Origin: Balneola sp.
GTDB taxonomy: Bacteria; Bacteroidota; Rhodothermia; Balneolales; Balneolaceae
Length of the DNA stretch: 64,000 bases
Assembly: GCA_965222085.1 (NCBI GenBank)
Contig: OZ244952.1
Span: 895,079-959,078, forward strand
Direction of reading: 5' to 3'
Shown here: piece after piece, positions 1 to 8,921 of the stretch
How the letters are laid out: the number at the start of each line of letters is the position of its first letter
Numbering within the stretch: position 1 is the first letter of the stretch
The notes under the pieces: model-generated
Databases searched by the model: none
The model's input: only the letters and a program-made list of their open reading frames with translations
Told to the model about the DNA's origin: nothing
Program-made: the position numbers and the translations under genes

Positions 1-530
1 TCTGTAATTTTATACAGTGTTTCCGGATCAAACATATGCACGATGGGAATGATCATCATGGTTTCACTAAGGCTTCTGAACTTATTCATGAATTTGATCG
101 GTACAAACAGCGCATCATAAGAAGCTGCTTTTTCAATTTCGGTGATATCAAGAACATTACTTTTAACTCCAACCTGCTTTTTTATCGCACTGGAAAGCAT
201 AGATGCCATTTCTTTGTTATCACCGACGGTAGCGCACGACTGAATTCGTTCCGGCCACTCCATAAAATCCAATTGCTCCTGAAACAAGAGTTCTATTTCG
301 GAATCATCAAGTCCATATCCAACCAATTCTTCGATCAACGCCTGAACTTTCCCACCCCCAATTTCCAATCGTTCGGCTTTGTCAAGCATGGAAGTCTGTT
401 TTGTAACCGTAAAACCTCTTCCCTGCTCCCCTTTGATCAGTCCTTCTTCTTCCAGAATATGATACGCTTTACGAACGGTATGAAAACTGGCTTCCAGCTG
501 TTGCCCTAACTCACGGGTAGACGGCAACAC
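1..530 (-). CDS. GntR-family transcriptional regulator; 3' end runs off the window and the N-terminus appears disrupted
   Basis: The minus-strand frame is open from ~556 to position 1; it is absent from the ORF track because no stop falls inside the window. The translation contains the winged-HTH signature VGEVLPSTRELGQQLEASFHTVRKAYHILEEEGLIKGEQGRGFTV. The first in-frame start candidates are GTG at 530 and TTG at 527. The expected helix 1 (SAKHIADRIRLMISTKQFQ) lies in another frame at 541-597. Confidence 0.6.
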   Translation of the reverse strand, partial: MLPSTRELGQQLEASFHTVRKAYHILEEEGLIKGEQGRGFTVTKQTSMLDKAERLEIGGGKVQALIEELVGYGLDDSEIELLFQEQLDFMEWPERIQSCATVGDNKEMASMLSSAIKKQVGVKSNVLDITEIEKAASYDALFVPIKFMNKFRSLSETMMIIPIVHMFDPETLYKIT

Positions 531-607
531 TTCTCCAACCTGAAACTGTTTGGTGGAGATCATCAACCGTATTCGGTCAGCGATATGTTTAGCGGAGGTT
601 TTCAAAA

Positions 608-640
608 ACACACCCCTGAATCCCCTCTCAAGAGGGGACT
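608..640 (+). repeat. Palindrome-containing repeat, copy A (ACACACCCCTGAATCCCCTCTCAAGAGGGGACT)
   Basis: Near-identical to copy C at 1180-1215 and inverted relative to copies B and D. Contains the 16-nt palindrome CCCCTCTCAAGAGGGG. Confidence 0.9.
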
Positions 641-716
641 CTTTATTTCTTTAAATAATTCTAAAACGTTCATATTTATCCAAAGCTGATTTTTGTCACC
701 TATTTTCCAGAACTTT

Positions 717-1151
717 TCACCGAAAAGTTAGTAGCCCCTCTTGAGAGGGGGTTGGGGGTGTGTCAGTTCGTTTTAATTTCTCAGACTCCAATACATACTC
801 CTCAATAGCCCTTAAAGCATCTCTATTTTCAGGATATATTTCGCTATCCTGAAATCTAAGGACTGTAATTCCAATACTATTTAAAAATTCTTCTTTTTCT
901 CTGTCTTTTTCCTGAACCGATTTCTGGTTATGTGATACGCCATCCACTTCTATCGCCAGCATCAATTCCTGACAGAAGAAATCAACTATATAATTGCCTA
1001 ATGGTTTTTGACGATGAAAATCATAGCCAAAACATTGCTTACCGCTCAAAGAATGCCATAGAACCCGTTCAGCTTTTGTAGCATTATTTCGAAGTTTTCT
1101 GGCAAGTTTTTTAAGCGCGGGGTTATATGGAATTATTTTTCTTCTTGGCAT
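717..1151 (-). CDS. DUF559 (Vsr-like) endonuclease domain protein
   Basis: 144-aa ORF with the DUF559 pattern ERVLWHSL...FHRQKPLGNYIVDFFC...LAIEVDGVSH...D..REEFL...GITVLRF. The last ~17 aa (RTDTPPTPSQEGLLTFR) are encoded by repeat copy B. Confidence 0.85.
   Translation of the reverse strand: MPRRKIIPYNPALKKLARKLRNNATKAERVLWHSLSGKQCFGYDFHRQKPLGNYIVDFFCQELMLAIEVDGVSHNQKSVQEKDREKEEFLNSIGITVLRFQDSEIYPENRDALRAIEEYVLESEKLKRTDTPPTPSQEGLLTFR
733..766 (-). repeat. Palindrome-containing repeat, copy B (inverted orientation)
   Basis: AGCCCCTCTTGAGAGGGGGTTGGGGGTGTGTCAG. Shares CCTCTTGAGAGGGGGTTGGGGGTGTGT with copy D and is the inverted partner of copies A and C. Confidence 0.9.
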
Positions 1152-1179
1152 TCTAGCTAAATATAGCTTGTATAAACTT

Positions 1180-1215
1180 CTGACACACCCCTGAATCCCC
1201 TCTCAAGAGGGGACT
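1180..1215 (+). repeat. Palindrome-containing repeat, copy C
   Basis: CTGACACACCCCTGAATCCCCTCTCAAGAGGGGACT, lying 29 nt upstream of the DUF559 start codon. Confidence 0.9.
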
Positions 1216-1223
1216 TTAGAGTT

Positions 1224-1397
1224 CTAAGTTATACTAAATTCTAGGACATCTTCATCAACTTCTATAAAAAAACGTGTTCCATTTTTGAATTCAATTACTA
1301 CTTCATCAGCCCTATTTCGAAAAATTTTCTCAACTGATTTACCTTTAAGCATCCCTTCTAATTTTTCAGCTTCTATTTTAAGTTTTTCTCTACCCAT
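1224..1397 (-). CDS. Hypothetical 57-aa protein located between repeat copies C and D
   Basis: ATG-to-TAG ORF read by hand (MGREKLKIEAEKLEGMLKGKSVEKIFRNRADEVVIEFKNGTRFFIEVDEDVLEFSIT). It is below the ORF-track size cutoff and has no recognisable family. Confidence 0.3.
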   Translation of the reverse strand: MGREKLKIEAEKLEGMLKGKSVEKIFRNRADEVVIEFKNGTRFFIEVDEDVLEFSIT

Positions 1398-1423
1398 CTT
1401 AAGTCAACTTTTATTTATTCAAG

Positions 1424-1456
1424 TTCCCTCTTGAGAGGGGGTTGGGGGTGTGTTAA
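1424..1456 (-). repeat. Palindrome-containing repeat, copy D (inverted orientation)
   Basis: TTCCCTCTTGAGAGGGGGTTGGGGGTGTGTTAA, lying 22 nt from the mutS stop codon. Confidence 0.9.
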
Positions 1457-1477
1457 TTCTTCGTTTTTAATCCCGCT

Positions 1478-4147
1478 TCAGCGGTCTACAATTTTCTTCA
1501 ATTCAGTGATCATCATCAGAGCTTCGATCGGTGTCATTCGGTTTGGATCGCTGGCTTCCAATTTGTTGAGTACTGTTTCCAGTCTCGGATCTACATGCGT
1601 GGCAAACAAATTCATCTGCTCGATCTCATCCTGCTTTTCAATTTTGTCTGATAAATTCTTTGCAGCGTCTTTTTGTGCTGATGCTTTCCCTTCCAGAGAG
1701 CCATTTTTGTTGGTGATATCCAGACTGTGACTTTCCAGATTCTTCAAAATATCTTTTGCCCGATCGATCACGATCTGCGGAAGTCCCGCCATATTTGCGA
1801 CTTGAATTCCATAACTGTGATCAGCGCCACCACGAACCAATTTCCTCAAAAAGATCACTTTGCCATCATGCTCTTTAACCTGAACATTGAAGTTCTTGGT
1901 TCGATCATACATTTGTTCCAATTCATTCAATTCGTGGTAGTGAGTAGCGAATAATGTCTTTGCAGCAACCGGTGCATGATTATGCAAATACTCCGCTAAT
2001 GACCATGCAATACTTAATCCATCAAATGTGCTGGTTCCGCGACCAACTTCATCTAGCAGAATGAGCGATCTTGGAGTGGCATTATTCAGAATGTTAGCCG
2101 CTTCGTTCATCTCAACCAGAAATGTACTTTCTCCAGCTGCTAAATTATCCGAAGCGCCGACTCTGGTGAAGATCTTATCAACCATGCCGATAGTAGCAGA
2201 TTCAGCAGGAACAAAACTACCGACCTGAGCAAGCAAAACAATCAAGCCCGTCTGACGAAGTATGATACTCTTACCTGCCATATTCGGTCCGGTAATGATC
2301 ATGATCTGCTGATCGGAGTTATTCAGCTCAATATCATTCGGAATAAAAGGTTCGCCCATCGGCAGGGTTTCTTCCACAACCGGATGGCGCCCTTTTTTGA
2401 TAGAGATCTCTTCAGAATCTCTTACTTCCGGTTTTGAATAATTATTTTTAAAAGCAACTTCAGCAAAACATTGGATACAATCTAACTCAGCTAATGCAAA
2501 AGCAATTTGCTGGATATCATCAGCGAACTCAGAAACATATAATCTTACTTCTTCAAAAAGTTCGTATTCGAGAGTCTTACTGCGTTCCTCTGCTGATAAG
2601 ATCTTCTCTTCAATTTCCTTAAGCTCCGGAGTAATATAACGCTCAGCATTAACCAACGTCTGCTTTCTGATGAAATGCTCCGGCACTTTATCTTTATGAG
2701 CATTCGTCACTTCAATATAATAGCCGAATACTTTGTTGTAGCCGATCTTCAGCGATGCAATTCCTGAATCTTTAGCCAGCTTATCTTTGATCTGGGCTAT
2801 GTATTTCTTTCCATTCATTGCAATATCACGAAGCTCATCCAACTCTTCATTAAATCCATCGCGGATCATGTTTCCATCCCGAATACTTGCCGGAGGTTCT
2901 TCAGATAGTGTCTTGGTGATGTGCTCCTGAAGGTCGATCAATAGTTTCAATCTCCCTGAAATGTCTTTCAGCAATGGATCATCAAAACCCGCAAACTGAC
3001 TTTTGATAACCGGAATCTGAGCCAAAGAAAGTTTTAATTGAACGATATCCCGGGCATTGGTTCTTCCAACGCAAATTCTGGAAATCAGTCGCTCTAAATC
3101 TCCAACCTGTTCCAACTCTTCCCGAAGTTGAGATCTCACATCATGTTTGGAATAGAAAATCTCTACAGAATCCAGACGCTGCTGAATGGGTTTCAGTCTT
3201 TTGAGCGGACGCATGATCCATCTTCGAAGAAGTCGGCCACCCATGGCAGTACACGTCTTATCCATGATCGAGATCAATGTACCTTCTACATTTCCATCCT
3301 GAATACTCGCCGTAAGCTCTAAATTCCTTTTTGTAGCAGGATCAAGAGACATATACTCATTGCTCTCATAAGCATACAACCTTCGAAGATGCCTCAAATA
3401 TGCTTTTTGAGTTTCCTGCATGTAATGCATTAGTGAACCGGCAGCAACATGGGCTGTTTTCAGTTCTTCAACTCCGAACCCCTTTAACGAATGAACTTCA
3501 AAATGCTCTGTTAAGATCTTATACCCATAATCTCCTTCATACACCCAGTCTTCGATGTATGTGATATTGAACTTCAGGAATGCATCTTCCAGTTTGTTCT
3601 TCAATTTTGAAGAAACCAAAACTTCTGAAGGCTGAATAGCCGCCAATAAACTATCCAGCTGCCTTTCGCTTACTTCACTTAATCCGAATTCACCGGTAGA
3701 GATATCCGAAAACGCAACTCCCACTCTGTCTTTTATCCAGTGAAGTGATACGATATAATTATTTCGCTTGTGTTCCAGCAGTTTTTCGGAAAGCGTTACT
3801 CCCGGAGTGGTTATCTCTGTCACTTCACGAGTCACGATCTTTCGGCCTGCTTTCTTGGCTTCATCAGGACTTTCAGTCTGGTCGCAAACAGCAACTTTAT
3901 AACCCTTCTTTACCAACTTTGGCAGATAACTATCTAAAGAGTGAAAAGGAAAACCCGCTAAGGGAGTTTGATCTCCACCGTTATTCCTTTTTGTAAGCGT
4001 GATTCCCAATTCTTTACTTACCAAAATGGCATCATCTGCAAAGGTCTCGTAAAAATCTCCCACTCTGAACAGCAAAATAGTACCCGGATGTTCATCCTTG
4101 ATCTCAAAGTACTGCTTCATTAAAGGGGTTTGCTTCTTTGCTGCCAT
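1478..4147 (-). CDS. mutS: DNA mismatch repair protein MutS
   Basis: 889-aa ORF. N-terminus is TPLMKQYFEIKDEHPGTILLFRVGDFYETF, Walker A is GPNMAGKS, and STFLVEM and ATHYHEL motifs are present. Confidence 0.97.
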   Translation of the reverse strand: MAAKKQTPLMKQYFEIKDEHPGTILLFRVGDFYETFADDAILVSKELGITLTKRNNGGDQTPLAGFPFHSLDSYLPKLVKKGYKVAVCDQTESPDEAKKAGRKIVTREVTEITTPGVTLSEKLLEHKRNNYIVSLHWIKDRVGVAFSDISTGEFGLSEVSERQLDSLLAAIQPSEVLVSSKLKNKLEDAFLKFNITYIEDWVYEGDYGYKILTEHFEVHSLKGFGVEELKTAHVAAGSLMHYMQETQKAYLRHLRRLYAYESNEYMSLDPATKRNLELTASIQDGNVEGTLISIMDKTCTAMGGRLLRRWIMRPLKRLKPIQQRLDSVEIFYSKHDVRSQLREELEQVGDLERLISRICVGRTNARDIVQLKLSLAQIPVIKSQFAGFDDPLLKDISGRLKLLIDLQEHITKTLSEEPPASIRDGNMIRDGFNEELDELRDIAMNGKKYIAQIKDKLAKDSGIASLKIGYNKVFGYYIEVTNAHKDKVPEHFIRKQTLVNAERYITPELKEIEEKILSAEERSKTLEYELFEEVRLYVSEFADDIQQIAFALAELDCIQCFAEVAFKNNYSKPEVRDSEEISIKKGRHPVVEETLPMGEPFIPNDIELNNSDQQIMIITGPNMAGKSIILRQTGLIVLLAQVGSFVPAESATIGMVDKIFTRVGASDNLAAGESTFLVEMNEAANILNNATPRSLILLDEVGRGTSTFDGLSIAWSLAEYLHNHAPVAAKTLFATHYHELNELEQMYDRTKNFNVQVKEHDGKVIFLRKLVRGGADHSYGIQVANMAGLPQIVIDRAKDILKNLESHSLDITNKNGSLEGKASAQKDAAKNLSDKIEKQDEIEQMNLFATHVDPRLETVLNKLEASDPNRMTPIEALMMITELKKIVDR

Positions 4148-4289
4148 TGGTGTTTAAACTATTCCTGTGCTATCTTTTAATAAAAATTCGGGCTTGGAAC
4201 ATACCAATGAATTGAATTAAATACTACGACACATTCTTGCTTTGAATTAGAAATGTAACACGTATATTTTAAGATTCGAAGGTATCCCT

Positions 4290-5219
4290 TTGATAACGAA
4301 CTTGTATAGCTTGCAAAATCTCAAAGACTTCTGGAATAGATTATTAAAGATAGTAGGTAAGAAAGACCTTTTCTTCAGTGCCTCAGCTATCACATTCAAT
4401 CTCTTTATCTGTTCTATCCCCTTTGTTTTGATCATGATCTCCATTGTAGGATATGTGCTCAGTTATGATGAAGCTCTCAACATGATCATTCAATATGGAA
4501 GCGAATTTTTACCAACCTTTTCTTATGAAGCTGAAACATCAGATGTGATTCAAGGATCTCAGACTATTGAAAACATCTTAAACCCATTGGTAAGTGCAAG
4601 ACAAGTTTTCGGTATAGTGGGTACGGTTGTATTGCTTTTCTTTACTCAGGGCTTGATGCATGCTGTTAAACATGTACTATTTGATGTTTTTGATATTGAA
4701 GAACGCAAACACCCTTTAATGCAAGTAGTTTACAATTTCTTTTGGTTCGGATTACTGGGTGCTTTGGTTTATGTACTAGCTTTAGTAATCAACCTTTCTT
4801 CTGCTATTGATTTGAATGACTTCTCAGTTCCGTATACTGATATTACTTTAGAATTCTCCTGGGTTTATGAACTACTAAATTTCTTGGTGCCTATTATTTT
4901 CACCTTCATTGTGATCTACATAGTATTTAGATACTTAAGCGAGAGGCGCATCCAAAGAGACATTGCTGTAGTTGGTGCTTTTGCGTACACACTATTATTT
5001 GAAATTGCACGATTAATAATCAGTGGATATTTAGAATATGCATTCAGTTCATACCGATATTTCTATCAAGGTTACGCCATTCTTATTGTTATAGGAATTT
5101 GGGTTTTCTACAGCGCATTTCTCTTCGTATTGTCTGCTACCATTGCAAAAGCCTATTATGATACCTACAAGAGCCACAAACCAACTGTGGTTGATAATCC
5201 ATATGCTGATTTGGATTGA
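4290..5219 (+). CDS. YihY/BrkB-family membrane protein
   Basis: 309-aa multi-pass membrane ORF with a YihY-type N-terminus (FFSASAITFNLFICSIPFVLIM). It uses a TTG start. Confidence 0.7.
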   Translation: MITNLYSLQNLKDFWNRLLKIVGKKDLFFSASAITFNLFICSIPFVLIMISIVGYVLSYDEALNMIIQYGSEFLPTFSYEAETSDVIQGSQTIENILNPLVSARQVFGIVGTVVLLFFTQGLMHAVKHVLFDVFDIEERKHPLMQVVYNFFWFGLLGALVYVLALVINLSSAIDLNDFSVPYTDITLEFSWVYELLNFLVPIIFTFIVIYIVFRYLSERRIQRDIAVVGAFAYTLLFEIARLIISGYLEYAFSSYRYFYQGYAILIVIGIWVFYSAFLFVLSATIAKAYYDTYKSHKPTVVDNPYADLD

Positions 5220-5827
5220 TGTCAGCTGTTAAACTAGACCGAAGTTTTTATTCAGGAAATGATCCTGTTCCAATAGCCAAAGCTCTATTGGGAAAGGTAC
5301 TCTGTACAAATTTTGATGGAGTTCTTACTTCGGGAATGATCGTTGAGACTGAGGCGTACAACGGAAGAACAGACAAAGCCTGCCATTCACATATTCATGG
5401 AAAAACAGAACGAACCAAGATAATGTTTGGTAAACCCGGTATTGCATATGTGTATCTGTGCTACGGAATTCACCATCTTTTTAACGTAGTAACTAATATT
5501 GAAGGAAATGCAGATGCTATTCTAATTCGTGGTATCGAACCTGTTGAAGGAATTGAAACCGTCCTTGAGCGCAGAAATAAAACAAAACTTGAGCGATCTG
5601 TTGGTGGGGGACCCGGAATTGCATCTCAGGCTTTGGGAATTACAACCAAAAACTACGGTGAAGACCTTCAAGGAGATCTTATTTGGATTGAGGACAGAAA
5701 TATTGAAATCCCTGATACACAAATCATTTCCAGTCCTAGAGTAGGAGTTGATTATGCCGGAGAGGACGCCAAACTCCCATGGAGATTCAGAATTAAGGGA
5801 AACAAATTTACCAGTCCTGCTAAGTAA
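5219..5827 (+). CDS. mpg: DNA-3-methyladenine glycosylase (Mpg/AAG family)
   Basis: Motifs AKALLGKVL, ETEAY, DKACHS, MFGKPGIAYVYLCYGIHHLFNVV and ILIRGIEP. ATG at 5219 overlaps the upstream stop (TGATG). The ORF track starts at TTG 5216. Confidence 0.9.
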   Translation: MSAVKLDRSFYSGNDPVPIAKALLGKVLCTNFDGVLTSGMIVETEAYNGRTDKACHSHIHGKTERTKIMFGKPGIAYVYLCYGIHHLFNVVTNIEGNADAILIRGIEPVEGIETVLERRNKTKLERSVGGGPGIASQALGITTKNYGEDLQGDLIWIEDRNIEIPDTQIISSPRVGVDYAGEDAKLPWRFRIKGNKFTSPAK

Positions 5828-5958
5828 TGCTTATCTCTATCAGCTGTATAGCTACAACGAATTAACACTTAGTTGAAAAATAGTTTAACATTGAATGAAT
5901 TATTTAAAAACCATTTTGGTTTAACACTAAAATAAACATTCATCATAACTGAAGAACA

Positions 5959-6546
5959 ATGAAAAAGACATTTAAACTATTATCACTTATTTTGGTTGGA
6001 ATCGTATCTGTTGCCGCTGTAAACTATGTTTCTACTGCGTGGACAATCGACAAATCTCATAGCAATATTGACTTTGAAGTACGACACTTCTTTACACCGG
6101 TTAACGGAACTTTTAATGATTACAATGCAACCGTAAACTTTGATCCTGCAAATCTAGAAGAGAGCATGATCGATGTAGAAATTATGGTAAACAGTATTGA
6201 TACAAGAAACGAAAGAAGGAATGGACACTTGAAAACAGCCGATTTCTTTAATGCAGAAAAATATCCGAAAATCACTTTCAAAAGCTCTAAGATCGAATCA
6301 AAAGGAGATAATAAATTTGTAGCTCATGGTGATTTAACTATTAAAGATGTAACTAAAAAAATTGAAATGCCTTTCACTTTATTGGGCGTTATGGATCATC
6401 CAAGAGGTGGAAAAGTAGCCGGAATCACTTCTGAATTCGTAATCGACCGTAACGTATATGGTGTTGGAACCGGAGACTGGGTTTCAGATGCAGTTGTAGG
6501 AAAAGAAGTAACAGCTACATTAAATCTTGAGCTGAACAGCAAGTAA
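5959..6546 (+). CDS. YceI-family periplasmic protein
   Basis: Signal peptide followed by WTIDKSHSNIDFEVRHFFTPVNGTF and a C-terminal YceI-like pattern. Confidence 0.85.
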   Translation: MKKTFKLLSLILVGIVSVAAVNYVSTAWTIDKSHSNIDFEVRHFFTPVNGTFNDYNATVNFDPANLEESMIDVEIMVNSIDTRNERRNGHLKTADFFNAEKYPKITFKSSKIESKGDNKFVAHGDLTIKDVTKKIEMPFTLLGVMDHPRGGKVAGITSEFVIDRNVYGVGTGDWVSDAVVGKEVTATLNLELNSK

Positions 6547-6570
6547 TCATTTTTTTTTTAAAAGAATTGA

Positions 6571-6604
6571 AAGCATCGTTTCATTGAGACGATGCTTTTT
6601 TTTA
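6571..6604 (+). terminator. Rho-independent terminator after the YceI gene
   Basis: AAGCATCGT (6571-6579) pairs with ACGATGCTT (6589-6597) and is followed by a T-run. Confidence 0.8.
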
Positions 6605-6632
6605 TTTTAGGGAATCACTTAAAAAAATTTAT

Positions 6633-7181
6633 ATGAATAAGCGACTACTTATAATTACCGGACTTTTACTTTTAGCTGCAATTTCAAGGATGATTCCTCA
6701 CCCGTACAATTTTGCACCTATTGGAGCAATGTCATTATTCGGAGTAGCTTATTTTTCCAATAAACGATTAGCTTTTATACTTCCATTATTAGCATTTTTT
6801 GTAAGTGATCTTTTGGTGAATAATATACTCTATGCTGATTATTACTCAAGCTTTGTATTAATCTCCCCCGGCTTTTACTGGACATACGGTGCTATGATAG
6901 CAATTGTAATTGCAGGCATTTTTATTCTCAAGAAAGTGAATTTCAAAAGAGTAATAGGTGGTGCTTTCTCTGCTTCTGTCCTATTCTTTATAATCTCAAA
7001 TTTCGGAGTCTGGATAAGTACCCCTACTTATGACCTTACTCTCTCAGGCTTTATCGCTTGTTATGTAGCTGCAATTCCTTTCTTTCATATGACTGTTTTA
7101 GGAGATTTATTTTACTGCGGAGTTCTTTTTGGCCTCTTTGAATTTGCTAAGTATAAAGTTCCGGAATTAAAAGTAGCATAG
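6633..7181 (+). CDS. Integral membrane protein, DUF6580-like putative transporter component
   Basis: 182 aa and very hydrophobic. The N-terminal pattern RMIPHPYNFAPIGAMSLFGVAYF is recalled as typical of DUF6580. Confidence 0.55.
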   Translation: MNKRLLIITGLLLLAAISRMIPHPYNFAPIGAMSLFGVAYFSNKRLAFILPLLAFFVSDLLVNNILYADYYSSFVLISPGFYWTYGAMIAIVIAGIFILKKVNFKRVIGGAFSASVLFFIISNFGVWISTPTYDLTLSGFIACYVAAIPFFHMTVLGDLFYCGVLFGLFEFAKYKVPELKVA

Positions 7182-7248
7182 TTTCTTAAAGTCAAAAAGA
7201 GTGTTATACTCTGTGAGTTAACTATAAGATCAGCATAACCTCTTTTAG

Positions 7249-7932
7249 ATGTTTGAATTGTTTCCGGATCAACCGGTTTATGACTATCCTACATTACTGA
7301 ATGTAACATACTCTTTGATTTGGGCATTTGTGCTTTCATCAATCATTGCTATTACTCACAAAGTTACTTTTACAGGACATCAGTATCCTAAAAACTTTTT
7401 TCAGGCATTGGCATTGGGTTCAATTGTTTCTGCCATGGTTATGATGGCCATTGGCGATAGCTTAGCCAGGGGATTAGGGGCTTTTGGTGCACTGGCTATT
7501 ATTCGTTTCAGAACCAGAATCCAGGACGCCAGAAATATCCTTTTTATATTTGCAGCTTTAAGTGTTGGTTTGGCTATTGGTATCTTTGGTTATACAATTG
7601 CATTTGCAGGTACTATTATCTACTGCACTATGGCATTGATCCTTCATTTCACCCCTTTCAGTACCAAAACCGGAATGCGTGGACGTTTACTTTTCAGACT
7701 CAGTGATTCTGACCCGACGAAATTAGCAGAAGTAACAGGCGTAATTGGAAAATACTGTGCAGACTTTCATGATGTTGAAGTTACTTCCAGAAATTCTGGA
7801 CGGTTTGATTATGAATATGAAATCGAAATGAATCTTAACGCTGACAACACAGCTTTTTTGACGGAACTCCAGAAAATTGAATCTATTACAAGAGTTCGTG
7901 TTACCTTCAAAAATATACAGGAAGCTAATTAG
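7249..7932 (+). CDS. DUF4956 domain membrane protein
   Basis: Three to four TM segments plus the signature GAFGALAIIRFRT, followed by a soluble C-terminal domain. Confidence 0.6.
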   Translation: MFELFPDQPVYDYPTLLNVTYSLIWAFVLSSIIAITHKVTFTGHQYPKNFFQALALGSIVSAMVMMAIGDSLARGLGAFGALAIIRFRTRIQDARNILFIFAALSVGLAIGIFGYTIAFAGTIIYCTMALILHFTPFSTKTGMRGRLLFRLSDSDPTKLAEVTGVIGKYCADFHDVEVTSRNSGRFDYEYEIEMNLNADNTAFLTELQKIESITRVRVTFKNIQEAN

Positions 7933-7940
7933 AGGTAATT

Positions 7941-8921
7941 ATGTCTAGAGTAAATTCCTTTTATGTTTTCATTTTCCTGGCGTTTGTAACGCTGATGACT
8001 GTCAATTCCTTTTACTTTAAAGGAAGCAGTTCTTTTCTTGGGGTGACTTATTCCAAAGCATATAAGATCAATGCAGAGAAATCAGGTATTATAAAAAACC
8101 TTTTCGTAGTACCCGGTCAGGAAGTCCAAAAAGGTGACAAACTCATTGAAGTGGAAAGCCCGCAATTAAATCTGGATATCCAAAAACTCAGAAAAGAAAT
8201 TGAGCTCTTCAAATCTGAAAAAAGAGAAAAAAAAGCTTTACTTGATTCGAAAATTAAGCTTTTAGAATCTGAAAAATCAATTCTCAAAGGTGAAATTGAA
8301 AACGATATAAGGCTTATTCAAAATGAAATAGACCTTAACAATAAACTTACTCAAACGATATCTAAAGATATTCCCACGGACTCTTTAACCGCTCTTAAAC
8401 TTCAGATCAAGTCTATACGGGAAAAGGGAAACCTGGAACTTCAGGGATTAGATATTCGAATTCTGGATCTTAAACAGGAAAACGAATTCGATCAGTCTCA
8501 AATTCAGTCTAAAATAGAACTGGCTGATGAGGAGCTGGAGTGGAAACTTCGTGAAGAAAGACGACTGAATAAGTTTGCTACTTTTTCCGGTGTTATTGAA
8601 AATGTATACGTTAAAGAAGGAGAAGAAGTAGAAGCTTTTACATCGCTGGTTTCCATAAACCCTAAACATCCAACATCTGTTGTTGGTTACTTAGTTGGTA
8701 AAAAAGAACGCGACAGAGAACTGGGTGAAATTGTTACCGTGAAATCTTTGGAACAGCCCAAGCTGGAAATTCAGGGCAAGATCATTGGGTTTGGAGCGGT
8801 TGTGGAACTTCCACAAATTATGGAAAAGGATAATTCCCTTACAACATTCGGCCTGGAGATCTTTATTGAAATTCCTGAGGATAATCCACTCGTTGTGGGT
8901 GAGCAGATCATCGTTAAGTAA
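7941..8921 (+). CDS. HlyD-family/periplasmic adaptor-like protein
   Basis: N-terminal TM segment, a lipoyl-like hairpin (GIIKNLFVVPGQEVQKGDKLIEVESPQL), a long coiled coil and a C-terminal beta domain. Confidence 0.6.
   Translation: MSRVNSFYVFIFLAFVTLMTVNSFYFKGSSSFLGVTYSKAYKINAEKSGIIKNLFVVPGQEVQKGDKLIEVESPQLNLDIQKLRKEIELFKSEKREKKALLDSKIKLLESEKSILKGEIENDIRLIQNEIDLNNKLTQTISKDIPTDSLTALKLQIKSIREKGNLELQGLDIRILDLKQENEFDQSQIQSKIELADEELEWKLREERRLNKFATFSGVIENVYVKEGEEVEAFTSLVSINPKHPTSVVGYLVGKKERDRELGEIVTVKSLEQPKLEIQGKIIGFGAVVELPQIMEKDNSLTTFGLEIFIEIPEDNPLVVGEQIIVK

Noticed and set aside
36-509. 157-aa plus-strand ORF at the window start
   Set aside because: It is antisense to a clear GntR-family reading frame that is open across the whole region. 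Its composition is low-complexity and it has no motif.
1431-3996. Plus-strand ORFs 1431-1730, 1727-1954, 2028-2228, 3128-3322 and 3745-3996
   Set aside because: All lie entirely inside, and antisense to, the unambiguous mutS gene. These are shadow ORFs.
5828-5958. Three TTAACA(C/T)T-like words upstream of the YceI gene as a possible operator
   Set aside because: These are short AT-rich words in an AT-rich intergenic region. Their occurrence is not distinguishable from chance without comparative data.
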